DNA from: Felis catus
Taxonomy: Eukaryota
Assembly (NCBI RefSeq): GCF_018350175.1
Contig: NC_058368.1
Coordinates: 144,524,001-144,588,000 of the forward strand
DNA: 64,000 nucleotides
Direction: 5' to 3'
Shown: piece by piece, positions 52,518 to 64,000 of the stretch
Numbering within the stretch: position 1 is the first letter of the stretch
Layout: each line of letters begins with the position of its first letter
Program-made: the position numbers and the translations under genes
The notes under the pieces: generated by a model
Databases searched by the model: none
Seen by the model: the letters and a program-made list of their open reading frames with translations, nothing else
What the model was told of the DNA's origin: nothing

Positions 52518-53077
52518 TGAAAGCAGAATGTACCACCCCAAAACATGCTACTTGGGCATATTGACTGAGCTGTAGGCACTTGAAAAATAGCAAATGCGGG
52601 GAACTCTGACCTCTTCTTATTTGCGTAAAGACAGATCCTCCAAAAGGCACTCAATTGTCATAAATCCCCTCCCTGAGAATTTCATCAACCAGGGAGGATT
52701 GACTTTTATTATAGGGGAGGAGACAAGGAGTCAATATCACACCTAGATGAACTGTCCCCAACTATCCTACCTCCCATCTAGTCTCCTAAGGGCCCAGTCA
52801 TCTTTCCTAAAAATCATTTACTCTCCCCTAAGAGGCCTACACCATCTCTCCCCCCACCCCACCCCCCAACCTTTTCCCTATTAAGATAGTATTTAAACCT
52901 GAATTCTAAGCCACCTCTGGAGTTGCTCATTTTTTTCCCGGTATCTCCCATGTGTACATGAGGTATGCATGTTAATAAACTTCTGTTTGTTTTTCTCTTG
53001 CTAACTTGTCTTTTATTACAAGCGGTTCAGCCAAGAACTCAGAAAGGTTGAGGAAAAAATATTTTTCTTCCCCTGCA
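52518..53077 (+). mobile_element. Solo ERV LTR (probably ERV1 class)
   Basis: TG...CA termini, agaatgtaccaccccaaaacatgc start, AATAAA near 52974, ttcttcccctgca end; no clear TSD. Confidence 0.7.
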
Positions 53078-53326
53078 GAAGCAGTCCACAGAGTGAAATG
53101 AGTTATTATTACCTTCTCCACAATTAATTCTGACCTTTCTAAATTATAATGGCATATTTGATGTTTTTATAGCCCTGCCTGTGTAATAAGTCATGTCAAC
53201 GTATTTTATCAACTACAACAGGAAGCCCACGTACATATGTGTGTGTGTTTCCGAATACGGAAATACTCAGTGGCTGAGAGGAAGCCATGTCCTGGTTTTG
53301 TTCTTATGTTCCTGCTTTGTGTGTAG

Positions 53327-53575
53327 GTCTGATGCCCGTCTTCATAAAGATGACACCGACATTTGCTTTAGTAAAACACTCAACTCCTGCAAAGTGCCCC
53401 AGATCCGCTATGCCAGCGTGGAGCGCCTTCTGGAGCGGCTGACAGACTTGCGGTTTCTTAGTATTGATTTCCTCAATACCTTTCTGCACACCTATCGTAT
53501 TTTCACTACGGCAGCTGTGGTGCTGGCGAAACTTTCCGACATATACAAGAGGCCTTTTACCTCCATCCCCGTCAG
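53327..53575 (+). CDS. RASGRF2: RASGRF2 exon 14 (249 nt), REM (RasGEF N-terminal) domain: SDARLHKDD...KRPFTSIPV
   Basis: gtgtag|G acceptor, TCAG|gtaggc donor; overlaps ORF 53193..53579. Confidence 0.97.
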
Positions 53576-53841
53576 GTAGGCCCAGGATTTGCCTGTCCTG
53601 AAAGTTTGCCCCCTAGTCCCTGGATCTCCGTGCAGATGAGCAGTTGCTCTGCAGAGCAGGATTGTCTTGCCTGGGAACTTACACACCCCACCTGTAGCAG
53701 GGGTGGGTGGAGGTCACAGAGAGTTCTCCAGGGACGAAGTTGAGAACCCTAAATTCCCTGTCATCTTTGCCGGCTCTGTGATTACTTGGAAGCTAACTCC
53801 ATTGTTTTAGGCTTTCCTATTTTTTTAATTTTTTTTCTTAA

Positions 53842-54008
53842 CAGTCATGCTTTTCAAACTTTAACATGCATAAGAATCACCCAGGGGTCTTGTTAAACTG
53901 CAGGCTGTGAGTTAGCATGTCTAGAGCAGAGCCTGAGTTCTGCATTTCTAACAAGCTCCCCAGAGATACCAGTGCTACTAATCGTTGGACCACAGTTTGG
54001 TAGTAAGG
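53842..54008. mobile_element. hAT MITE (MER5A-like)
   Basis: ttttcaaactttaacatgcataagaatcacc...tctgcatttctaacaagctccc. Confidence 0.8.
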
Positions 54009-54200
54009 GATTAGTCAAGGCCTAAAAAAGTGTCTGTCTTCCTTTGCCAAATGTGTGGTATATAGGTAGTGTTAAATGAAGACAACAGAAGTGCCATGAT
54101 GTTGTGGCCTTTTAATGTAGAGAGTATGTTCTTAAATAACATCAGGGGAATCGTTTTCACTTGGCTACAATCTGTTAATAGCTTCTGCTCTTATTTTTAG

Positions 54201-54589
54201 GTCATTAGAATTGTTTTTTGCTACCAGCCAGAACAGTAGAGGTGAACATTTGGTAGATGGCAAATCCCCACGCCTGTGTCGCAAATTCTCTTCCCCACCA
54301 CCACTGGCTGTGTCCAGGACGTCCTCCCCAGTGAGGGCCAGAAAGCTGTCCTTGACTTCTCCATTGAACTCAAGGATAGGAGCATTGGACCTGACCACCT
54401 GCTCAGCGTCCAGCAGCCCTACCACCACCCACAGCCCTGCTGCATCCCCACCGCCGCACACTGGTAAAGTACCGTTGGATCTTAGCAGAGGCCTTCCTTC
54501 TCCAGAACAAAGCCCGGGATCTGTAGAAGAGCATGTAGATAATCCCCGCGTGGATCTGTGTAACAAGCTAAAACGAAGTATTCAAAGAG
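54201..54589 (+). CDS. RASGRF2: RASGRF2 exon 15 (389 nt): Ser/Pro/Thr-rich region with SPVR proline-directed kinase motif and destruction-box-like [10 protein letters not shown]
   Basis: tttttag|G acceptor, AGAG|gtatta donor; overlaps ORF 54211..54651. Confidence 0.95.
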
Positions 54590-55239
54590 GTATTATCCAG
54601 CTGCCACACCCCGTGTTTGCTGGCCATCTGCTCCCCCACCATTCCTTCTAGAACCCTAGATCCCTTTCTTTTTAGCCCTCCCACCTCCCTGTAGAAAGTA
54701 GAATGAATACAATGGCTAGTTAGAAGAGAAATTCCTGTAAGTCACTCTAGCCTATATGGAAAAGAGAGCAACTTAAGCTGTCCTGAGATCTTCTACAGTA
54801 AAAGGCTAATTATAGTCAGTTGTGTATGGAAGAACAACGTTATCTGAATGGTGTTATTGGAACATTCTTCATGGAATTTGATTAAGGCTGGTTGGATAAA
54901 GAGCCTAACATGATTCTCTGTGTAGAGGTGAATGGTGGGCACTCTGTTCTTTGAGCTTGGGCCTTCCAGAGCCTTCTGCTCCAGTGTCTGCCTTGAGTAT
55001 CTGTACAGCTTCCAGCCTCCCCTGCTAAGGATGACCCAGCCTGGAAACATTAAGATGGCTTCTTTGGTTTGGTTATTAAGGCAGTGCTTCATATTACAAT
55101 AGGGATATAGGGAGAGAAATAAAATATGAGACAGTGTTCACTGTCCATGACAGCCAAAATGTGTGTTTTTTTTTTAAAGTGAATTAGATGATATGTTTTC
55201 CTGATTAAATTCTCTAATGATTTTCTATGGTACTTAGAT

Positions 55240-55545
55240 TAAAGTACATTCTCCCTCACAAGGCCTCCAGATCCTATGAGACTTGGATCGTCTCTCTCTC
55301 CAACCCCTGTTCCTATAATGCTCCCTCATCTACTAGGATATAGTCACATGGATTTCTTTTTGTGTCTCAGTAACACATCAACCATCTCTGCCTCAGGGAC
55401 TTTGCACATGATTTTCCCTCTGCCTGGACAGTCTTTCTCCATGTAAGCTCCATAAGATCAGCAAGTTGTCTGTCTTGTTCATCTCTGTACTCTCAGTGCC
55501 TTGGCCAGTGCCTGGCTGGTAGTAAATTTTTGTTAAATGAATGAA
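55240..55545 (+). mobile_element. LINE-2 3' fragment
   Basis: gcctcagggactttgcacatg...atgtaagctcc...cagtgcctggc...aatgaatgaa. Confidence 0.75.
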
Positions 55546-57734
55546 CCAAGCAAAACATTCAGTGAACTAAGAGTCCTGTGTTATGTCACCTTGTCTTCTG
55601 CAGCTTGGTACATGTAGGGGTCAGAGGAAGTGATCCTTGTTGCTTTTAGTGTTTCTGTGATGAAAATAAAAAAGGTTTCATAGCCAATTAGCAAATAGCT
55701 TTTTGTTTTCTGAATAACTTATTTCTTTACTGATAACATAAAAAAAATTGGGCATTTAATCTAAGATCACAAATTTCAAGGAGGATCACCCAGATGGAAG
55801 CATAAACCCTTGCTTTTCAACCAGCTTAAAGCTTCCAAGTACTTCTTAGCTCAGATAATTTAAAAATAAGCTTCCCGAGTGAAGTACTTAATGGAATTTT
55901 AACTGGATGGTTGTCATCATCAAAAGTAACACCCTCTTAAACAAGAAATTCTTTAAATTGACAAGTTAGCAACTAAGGAGGAGGAAAGAAGGAAGATAAT
56001 TAAAAAGTCATTAGAACAACAAGCTTTGGTAGAATCATGATGGATTCTTCTCAGGAATAATGAGGCAGCGCATAAACTGACAAGTGCATCTGGGGTTTGA
56101 TCCAGCCCCAGTGCTTGGGAACCTCTGTGGAGAGTGTGACTGAAGGAAATTTATCACAGACCTGGGCAGGGTGCCCTGGGAAGTACAGGAGTTTTCCAGA
56201 ATATGGGAAGTTCTGTTCCTTCCTTTATTGGATTGCAGTAAATAGGAGAGGAGAAGTTTGGGGCTAAGTCTGGATTCTTGTGTTATTTTGAGTGAGGAGA
56301 GCTTTAGGAATAAGCATGTTAGTGTCAGACATTCATGGATCTGAGGTTGATCTAAATACGTGCCATTGTTCTAGAGGTCTTGAGTCAAGCTGCCCACTGC
56401 CTGCTGTGGTTAATCCTTCCAGTTTAACTTGTTGCCCACAGACTGTGACATTGTTCCCCGACTTCCCTATTCTGGTCTTCAGAGCCCAAGCCCAGGGTGT
56501 GTAGTGATGGTCCAGTGTCATACAAAACCTGTTTGCCCTACTGTCTAGGATGGAAGTGTGGTTACTGGTAGGAATTAGCAGTTTTTCCCCTGGATCAAGT
56601 TAGACTCAGGGAGACCAAGATAAATGAGAAAGAACTGGATCAAGTTCCTGAGGAAGGACACTGACAAAGTCTGCAGAGGCTGGTTAGTACAGATGTTGGA
56701 CTGAGGTACGATCATTGTTGACACAGCTAGTGGCAGCTGGAGAGCTTGTCATGTGGCAGCAATGATCATTTATGACCAGTGGCCGAAAGTGGAGGACGCC
56801 TATGAAGAATGGTGTGGTAAAAACATTAGGTTCTTTCCCACATTAGAAAAATAGCTGAGGGCTTAATGCCCCTATTTTCACTGGATTTCCCCCAAACAAA
56901 TGATTTGCAGTTAGATTTTTCAGGAGTTAGTTTATCCACGTGGTTCGTGAGTTAGAAATGTCTCATTGTTAAGTGCAGAGCTGCTCTCTGGGTGATGGGG
57001 AGGTTCCAGGACTGCATCACATGGGGCCCATAGCACTTGATGAAGTGCCCTGCAGCCAGCCTCTCCTCCAGAGAAGTCAGCTCCTCTCCCCTCTGTGTTT
57101 CTTGTTCACATCCGCTACTTGTGCACCCCCTTATCACTCACTGATCGCCCTCCATTCCTTTCACACCACTTCTTTACATCTTTATTTCTTTTCCCTTTCT
57201 GTAGCTGTCTTCTGATTACTCTTAATGTATTTACTTCCTATGTTGTTCCCACTTGTTCCTAGTAAGTAGTTAAGGTGGTAGTTCAAACAGGAACATGGTA
57301 CAGCTGGATTAAAAATAAAATGCGTAGGAAAATCAGGCAATGAAGAAAATTGGATGAAGCCAAGGGTATGGTTGGTGAACAGTGAACACAACACTGTGGC
57401 CTTCTGCAGTTCCTAGAGTTGCCCTGGTTTTGGTTCTGAAAGTAATCAATTACATGATTCATATTGAAACCTAAGAATAGACTGGTGTACAGGCACATTT
57501 TTTCTTGCTACTGGGACTGGAGAACAGTTTATCCTGTGCATTCCCATAAAGGAAACATTGTGAGTAGAAAGCTCAGAATTAACACTGGAGGCCAGGCAGC
57601 TCTGTGGCATTTTTCTGAAGAGGTGAAACAAAAGAATCATAGACTTAGATTTTTCTTTTATTTTGTATTGGTAAGTGGGCAATATTGGCCATGAATAGCC
57701 CTAAGAAAGTCATGGATAAAATGCTTTACTTCAG

Positions 57735-57913
57735 AGGCACCTGGGTGGCTCAGTTGGTTAAGGGACTCTTGATTTTGGATCAGGTCATGTTCTCACGGTT
57801 CACGGAATCGAACCCCAAATCGGGCTCCGTGCTCACATAGTGGAGCCTGCTTGACATTCTCTGTCTCCCTCTCTCTCTGCCCCTCCCTCCCTCAAAATAA
57901 ATAAATAAGTTTA
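57735..57913 (+). mobile_element. CAN-SINE with 17-bp TSD
   Basis: TSD aaaatgctttacttcag at 57718-57734 and 57914-57930. Confidence 0.92.
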
Positions 57914-57948
57914 AAAATGCTTTACTTCAGCATCAGTCTGACACGTTC

Positions 57949-57970
57949 TGTGTGTGTGTGTTTTGTGTGT

Positions 57971-58006
<36 letters not shown>
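57949..58006. repeat. (TG)n microsatellite, interrupted
   Basis: direct reading. Confidence 0.9.
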
Positions 58007-58008
<2 letters not shown>

Positions 58009-59864
58009 ACGATGTCTTTAGAAGCCAAGAATGCTGCTGTGTTAACTCCTCTGTCTAGTCTTGAAAATTCTAATTGGCAAAGAAAAGGGAGACACTGATC
58101 TGTCTTTAATTTGAAAGATGTTTGCATGTGCTTTGCATAATGTTAACACTTAAAACAGTTGGCAAACTTGAATAAGAATCTCATGCCAACAGTTTATACA
58201 TTTTTGGCTTTTCACTTCAGGATACAACTCCACACAACCTCATTCCGTAATACAGCTTCCTCCATTAGGTCCCTACTGAAGCCATAGGTCTCTCTCACTA
58301 GATCAGCTAGACAGTTTTGGGGTATACCACTTGCAAAATGCAAGTGACTTTTGTCTCGTTTTATTGCCATTGCAATGATAATGCCAACCTCACAGTATTT
58401 CCTGGCAAGAGAACTTCAAATGACATGAAGGGAAAGAAGAGAAATAGGAACTGTCCTTCAAAGTGAGCAAGACGATGAACTTTAGAGGGGAAAATAATGC
58501 ACTTTATTTTCCCCCCAACCCAGTCCCCAGATCTGTTCCAGGCTCACTTATTACCCGTTAGTGCCCTCCTTTCTTCCTATCAGGCAGTCCCCACCATATT
58601 CTACCCTTGCTTTTTCTACAAAGTGCATATATTAGCCCAACTCACATCTGTGTTCCGCTTGATGGTGGGATCTCAACAAAAATCAGAGCAGAGGCAGGCG
58701 CAGAGGGAAAGGTCACAGGACTGCTCACTGTGTTTGGGATTCTTACCCACCAGCGTGCACTTGGGTCATGGCTGTGCAACCTAGTGTCAACGTTTGCAGA
58801 GCAGTCCGCATCGCTAGTGTCTGTTTCTGTGTTCTTAGCTTGAAAATTGCCTGCCTGTGGGCTGAAAGTGCTCCCAATTTTAGCATTTGTTTTGAGCCCA
58901 CATCTGCCTACTCGTCTTGAAAGCAAAGCTGTTTGCATGGAACTTGATTGAAAGTGAACATGCCAGAAGGAAATGCTTCTTTCCCCCACCCTGCTGGCAT
59001 GGATTCTTCTCTCTCTAGCTGCCTGTTTGCTTACAGTGTTATTCTTCGCTTTCCTGCTCTTTCAGGGCATATTCGGAGCCTGACCATCTCTCTCACTGGG
59101 AAGTTTTTTGGGTTCAGTGTAGCTGACTAAATGATTTTTTCATTTGCCTCAGAGGAGTGAATGGTTGAATCAGACCAAGGACACGTATTTGATATTCTGC
59201 TTGCTCTTGCAAAACAGATGCCTTCCATTACTGAATTTTGAGGGAGTTATTTAGAAAATAATAAAACTCACAGCTAAGCACTGATTTTTTGTCTGTATCC
59301 TGCATCATTGCCAGCTTTACTGTAATTATGTCATTCAGGGAAAGAGCCTAAGCATTTCCCTTCCCTGGCCCCTTTCTGTTTCAAAAGAACAGAACTGTGG
59401 CCGTATTTCCAAAGAAGTAAATCACATGCAAGAAGTCGTTAGGGATTTTAGAAGGGTTTATTGAGTGAAATCTTGAATGGAATGGCAGAGGGAGCTGAGT
59501 TGAGAACAGTCCTGCTGATGGGGGGGGGGCAGGAAGAGGGGATGATGTGAAGTTAGTGGAGGTGACACAGCTCTTAGTGGTTACCGAAAAGCCCAAGGAA
59601 GCAGAAATACAGAAGTTGCTGGAAATTTTTGAAATTTTTGTAGTGCTTTTCCATGAAAGAACATCCACAAAGTTGTAGTTTTACCTGGTTAATAAGCCAG
59701 TGGGAGGGATACAGAAACATCAGTAATAGCCTAATGTGACCCTAGAATGATGTGCCTTTTATTCAGAGGATCTTAGCTGCAGTGAAAAGGCTCAAATGAT
59801 CTTTAACTCTCCCCACAGTTCATTCTAAAAATTTCCACTTGCCTCCTGTTGACCACTAGCTTTA

Positions 59865-60080
59865 GATTGGGGGTATCCAATGGAACTTTCTGGGGGGACG
59901 GAGATGCTCTATATCTATGTCGTCCAGTACTGTAGCCACCAGCCACGTGTGGTACTGAGCACTTAGAGTATGGCTGGTGCAAGTAAGGAGCTGAAATAGT
60001 AATGTAACTTCAGTTAATTTTGATTTAAATTTACCCAGACACACTTAGCTAGTGCTAACATATTGGACAGTGCAGCTCTC
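59865..60080. mobile_element. hAT MITE (MER3-like)
   Basis: tccaatggaactttctg...gtagccaccagccacgtgtgg.actgagcactt...atattggacagtgcag. Confidence 0.8.
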
Positions 60081-60271
60081 AATCCTTAGGAGTCCCCAGA
60101 GCTTCTTGGGAGCCACATTGGTAGAGATTCAAATTTTAGTTGGCTTAAGGGGGCAACCCAAGCAAAGAATTAGATGAAGTCCCAATTTTGATCCCAGTCT
60201 GATACACAATCTGGAAAAGTCCCTCTTCCCCCACTCTTCTGGAAGGCAGGGAACCCACAAGATATCCCCCA

Positions 60272-60288
60272 TTTTTTAATGTTTACTT

Positions 60289-60328
<40 letters not shown>

Positions 60329-60338
60329 TTTATTTTAT

Positions 60339-60378
<40 letters not shown>

Positions 60379-60506
60379 CAGAGAGAGGGGGAGACAGAGG
60401 ATCCCAAACATGCTCTTCACTAACAGTGGGGCTTGAACTTACAAACTGAGAGATCATGACCTGAGCTGAAGTCAGACACTTAGCCCACTGAGCCTCCCAG
60501 GTGTCC
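60272..60506 (-). mobile_element. CAN-SINE with (TTTA)n and (GA)n
   Basis: gagatcatgacctgagctgaagtcagacactta. Confidence 0.88.
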
Positions 60507-60800
60507 TTCCCCTGGTCTTTTTAACATCCGCTGTTGTGTTGGATAGAAAGGACTGGGTAGGGTCAGTCAGGTTCAGCAGAGTCAGCAAGACAGGGATAGA
60601 GAAGACACTGCATTTAGATTTAGTGACATTAGCACTCTGCCAGGAGGAATGACTTGATTTCATATTAAAGCCCTTTTAAAATGTAGACTAATCCAAAAGG
60701 CTGTTCTCCATAACGAACCTTTGTGTTTCTGTGCATAACCCTGACAAGGAGGTGTTGAATTCATGGCCTTCTTGTTAACATTCATGCTGTTTTCAAGCAG

Positions 60801-60926
60801 CTGTCCTAGAGTCTGCACCAGTGGACCGAGCAGGAGTGGAAAGCTCCCCGGTGGCGGACAGCTCAGAACTTTCACCTTGCCGGTCACCCTCAACTCCTCA
60901 GCACCTCCGCTATCGTCAGCCTGTAG
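60801..60926 (+). CDS. RASGRF2: RASGRF2 exon 16 (126 nt): [42 protein letters not shown]
   Basis: tttcaagcag|CT acceptor (alternative AAG 3 nt upstream), GTAG|gtgagc donor; phase 1-1. Confidence 0.93.
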
Positions 60927-62894
60927 GTGAGCTCAGAAAGGGGGCGTGGAAATATAAAAGTGAAAGATGGTTTCTAGCTTCTAACTTTTTCTTTCGCCTT
61001 ACTGTTTCACTCCCAAAATAGTTTTTTAGTCTCAGTTATGAAAATTCATTGGAAGCCAACAATGTCAGTGTCAAGTAGTGGAGTAATAGATGATTAGAGA
61101 ATATGTCATTAATATAACTAATACTGTCTTGACCCCATTATGGCATTGCACTGTATCTGGAGTAACATGAATCAAGAGGCTTGTCCTTAGGTGATAGCTA
61201 GTTGAAGAGTCTCCATGCTGGTTTTATCAAAATGTTCCCAGAGCCCTGATACCTTGTCATAAATCCCAGTGTACTCTATATTAAATAGGCTCACCTGGGG
61301 CACCACAATGCGTGGGGGACCTTATTAAGGTCCAGTTGCATGGGGCCCTAATTATCATTATTATTCACGTGGTAGAACCTGGTATATTTTCTATAGTTAC
61401 GAAAATTATAAAGCGTCTCCCATAATTTGTTTTAGAACATACCAAATGTCCTCTAATTGGAAGACAAACTGTCAGACCAAAAGGCAGAAATCTTTTCTCT
61501 CTCCATTGTTTAAATAAAAAATTCACAAAATAGTTGATTTTTGAAACGTTTTGCAGTGGCTTGCCATTAGGGTATGCATTCAAATAATGTTTTCCTATTA
61601 AGAGTTACAAACTTTACACACGTTTTAAACCTTAGAAATACTTAAAAACAAATTAAGTATATGTTAATCCTTACATTTTTCTTTACTAACAAAAGAAAGC
61701 AACAGTTGTTTTTGAAATGCTTCCTTCTTTCTCCTCAAGTCAGTTATTTCAAGCTGGAAGAGAAAACTATTTAGTTATGGAACAAGATTCACCCCAAGTA
61801 ATCCAAGTAAAATGTAGACATTTTTTGACTTTCATACTTCTGCATATGCTCCAAATGGCCATTTCGTTTGTAACCTTGGCCATGGGGTAGAAGCTGTGGT
61901 CATTGCCATCGGATCTAAGAGAGGCTAACCTGGGTCAGGCTGTTGTCAGAAGACTTGCCCAGAAGGATACCAGCCCTTGGGGAGTGGACTGATTTCAGAC
62001 TTCTGATCAATCATGGGTTACCCTGGCATTTGAGTGGTTCTGGTAAATGAAGGTGGCAAGCAAGACTTCCCTGGTCTACTATGGAGTTAGCCAAATCTCT
62101 TTACTACTCTTAGAGCTTTGGTCAGTCCAGGCCTTGGCAACTTTGTTGCTACATGGGACAGACCCCCTTTTGAGTTCATGGTAACCTGGAAGAGTTTGGG
62201 GTCAAAGCCCATGGAAGCAAAATTCTACCAAGGCAAGAGATAAATGCTCTTCACCTGGTCACTATTATCAGGGCTCTATTTTGTAGTCCCTTTTTATATA
62301 TTTATTTTTGTATATAAGGTTTTGTAATTTATATCAGCAGTATTTGTAAATCCTATCTTGAATTAAACTGTCTTTTCTTTCTTCTCTGATATGACTAAAT
62401 TTCACAGACATAAGACCATAGGAAGGAAGCTGAAATCTGTGATAAAATAGAAGATCCAAATAGGGACAGTATCACACATTTTCTTAGTGTGTAGCTGAAA
62501 TTTTGCCTGTTCATCTGTCCTCTTGCCACCTTACTCTACAAATATTTAAAGTCTACTGCTAAAGGAGTGGGTAGAGCTGTTCTTTCTCCTTGGCTGTATT
62601 AAGCAGCTCTTTTCTTCTCTTATTTATTTATTTTAAGCATGGGTACATCACTTTAGGGACAAACTAATAAAAACCCTTCAAGTCAGAATCACAGGGAACT
62701 ATTTTCACTAAAAGCCTGAATGAGGAAGAACAGTGAAGTTGGCATGAGCATTATCAGATCCTGTGTGTAAAATATCTAAGGAGGGAAGGGACTGCAAACA
62801 GGTGCTCAGAGCATCCTTTGATTTTAGAATTCATCCTAACTTTACAGGTGTTTTGAGAAGAAAACTCTATTGGTAATATGATGTACGACATTTT

Positions 62895-63445
62895 TAAAAA
62901 ATATTTTTATATTGAGCTATAATTCACATACCACAAAGTTCACCCTTTTAAAGTATACAGTAAAGTGGTTTTTATTTATCCACAATATGGGGGTGGCCAT
63001 CACCACTGTCTCACTCCAGAGCATTTGTATCACCCCAAAAAGAAACCCTGTACCCATTAGCAGTCTCTCCCCACTCCCATCTCCCCTTAGCCTCTGGCAA
63101 CCACTAATCTACTTTCTGTCTCTATGGATTTACCTATTCCAAACATTTCATATGGATAGAATCATAGAAGACATGACTTTTTGTGATTGACTTCTTTCAC
63201 TTAGCGTAATGTTTTCATGGACCATTCATGTTGTAATATGCATCAGAACTTCATTCCTTTTTGTAGCCCGGTAATATTCCCTTGTATTGATATAGCACAT
63301 TTGGTTTATCCATTTGATGGTTGATGGACATTTGGGTATTTGTACTTTTGGGCTATTAAGAATAATGCTGCTGGGGATATTCATGTATAAGTTTTTGTTT
63401 GGATATGTTTTCACTTCTCTTGGGTATATACCTAGAGTGGAATTA
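62895..63445 (-). mobile_element. L1 3' fragment
   Basis: attgagctataattcacatacc...ctggcaaccactaatctactttctgtctctatggatt...gggtatatacctagagtggaatt. Confidence 0.88.
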
Positions 63446-63594
63446 CCGATGTAAAATCTTGTTATTTTCCTATTAACAAGGACAGTACAGAGCATTTGGC
63501 CCAAGGTTTCATCCAGGAATGAAAATGAGAATTTTTATTATCGAATATGATCTATCTGCCTCACCATGCCATTTCCATTCTTTTAAATAACCAG

Positions 63595-63684
63595 GACAGA
63601 CGGCTGACAACTCTCACTGCTCGGTTTCGCCTGCTTCTGCTTTTGCAATTGCCACAGCGGCTGCAGGACACGGGAGTCCACCAG
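63595..63684 (+). CDS. RASGRF2: RASGRF2 exon 17 (90 nt): [30 protein letters not shown]
   Basis: aaccag|GA acceptor, CCAG|gtgagt donor; phase 1-1. Confidence 0.95.
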
Positions 63685-63839
63685 GTGAGTAGGGGCGAGC
63701 AGCCAGGTACACACTTACAGCAATGTATATTATTAAATCACTGGTCTTTGGCTGCCAGTGTGTTGGTGATACACTGGGCAGCTCATCGAGAATGCAGATT
63801 CCCAGCTCCCATTCTCAGTGCATCAGACTGTCTTTTATG

Positions 63840-64000
63840 TATTTATTATTTGTTTATTTACTTATTTTTAACTTTCTTGTTTGTAGTTGACACACAATGT
63901 TATAGTAGTTTCAGGTGGACAACCTAGCGATTCAACATCTATATGTTATGCTGTGCTCACCATAAGTGTAGCTACCATATTATTGACTGTATTCCCTATG
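63840..64000 (-). mobile_element. L1 3' end fragment (carnivore type)
   Basis: T-rich tail then tagttgacacacaatgttatagtagtttcaggtg. Confidence 0.75.

Larger units (their letters stand above)
1..64000 (+). other. RASGRF2: RASGRF2 gene body (partial; intron 2 through intron 17)
   Basis: 15 exons splice into one continuous frame matching the RasGRF2 protein as I remember it (YADILIER...GHGSPP). Exon numbering is by analogy to human. Confidence 0.97.

Noticed and set aside
54165..54566. 133-aa antisense ORF
   Set aside because: Shadow of GC-rich exon 15 on the opposite strand.
61317..61333. Palindrome ggaccttattaaggtcc
   Set aside because: An 8-bp arm is expected by chance in 64 kb.

Overview
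Mammalian genomic DNA, almost certainly felid: it carries many tRNA-derived CAN-SINEs of the SINEC_Fc type and a cat-type L1 3' end. The whole window lies inside RASGRF2 on the + strand. I traced 15 consecutive coding exons (equivalent to human exons 3-17, numbering from memory), all with GT-AG junctions and consistent phases. They encode the coiled-coil, IQ motif, DH, second PH and REM domains and the Ser/Pro-rich linker. The N-terminal PH1 and the CDC25 domain lie outside the window. The introns hold SINEs, L1, L2, MIR, MLT1 and ERV LTRs, hAT MITEs and microsatellites. There is no prokaryote-style novel system. The most interesting signals are splicing-related or structural: (1) a well-formed, in-frame 48-nt candidate microexon at 31386-31433 at the DH/PH2 junction; (2) an exact 36-bp copy of the exon-3 splice acceptor about 8.9 kb downstream, beside a microrepeat scar; (3) a cluster of candidate phase-1 cassette exons in intron 15, including a 33-nt one whose donor reads GGAAGT; (4) a NAGNAG acceptor at exon 16; (5) an old ~145-bp local duplication in intron 9; (6) a three-layer retroelement insertion site. 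Repeat boundaries and subfamily names are by eye and approximate.
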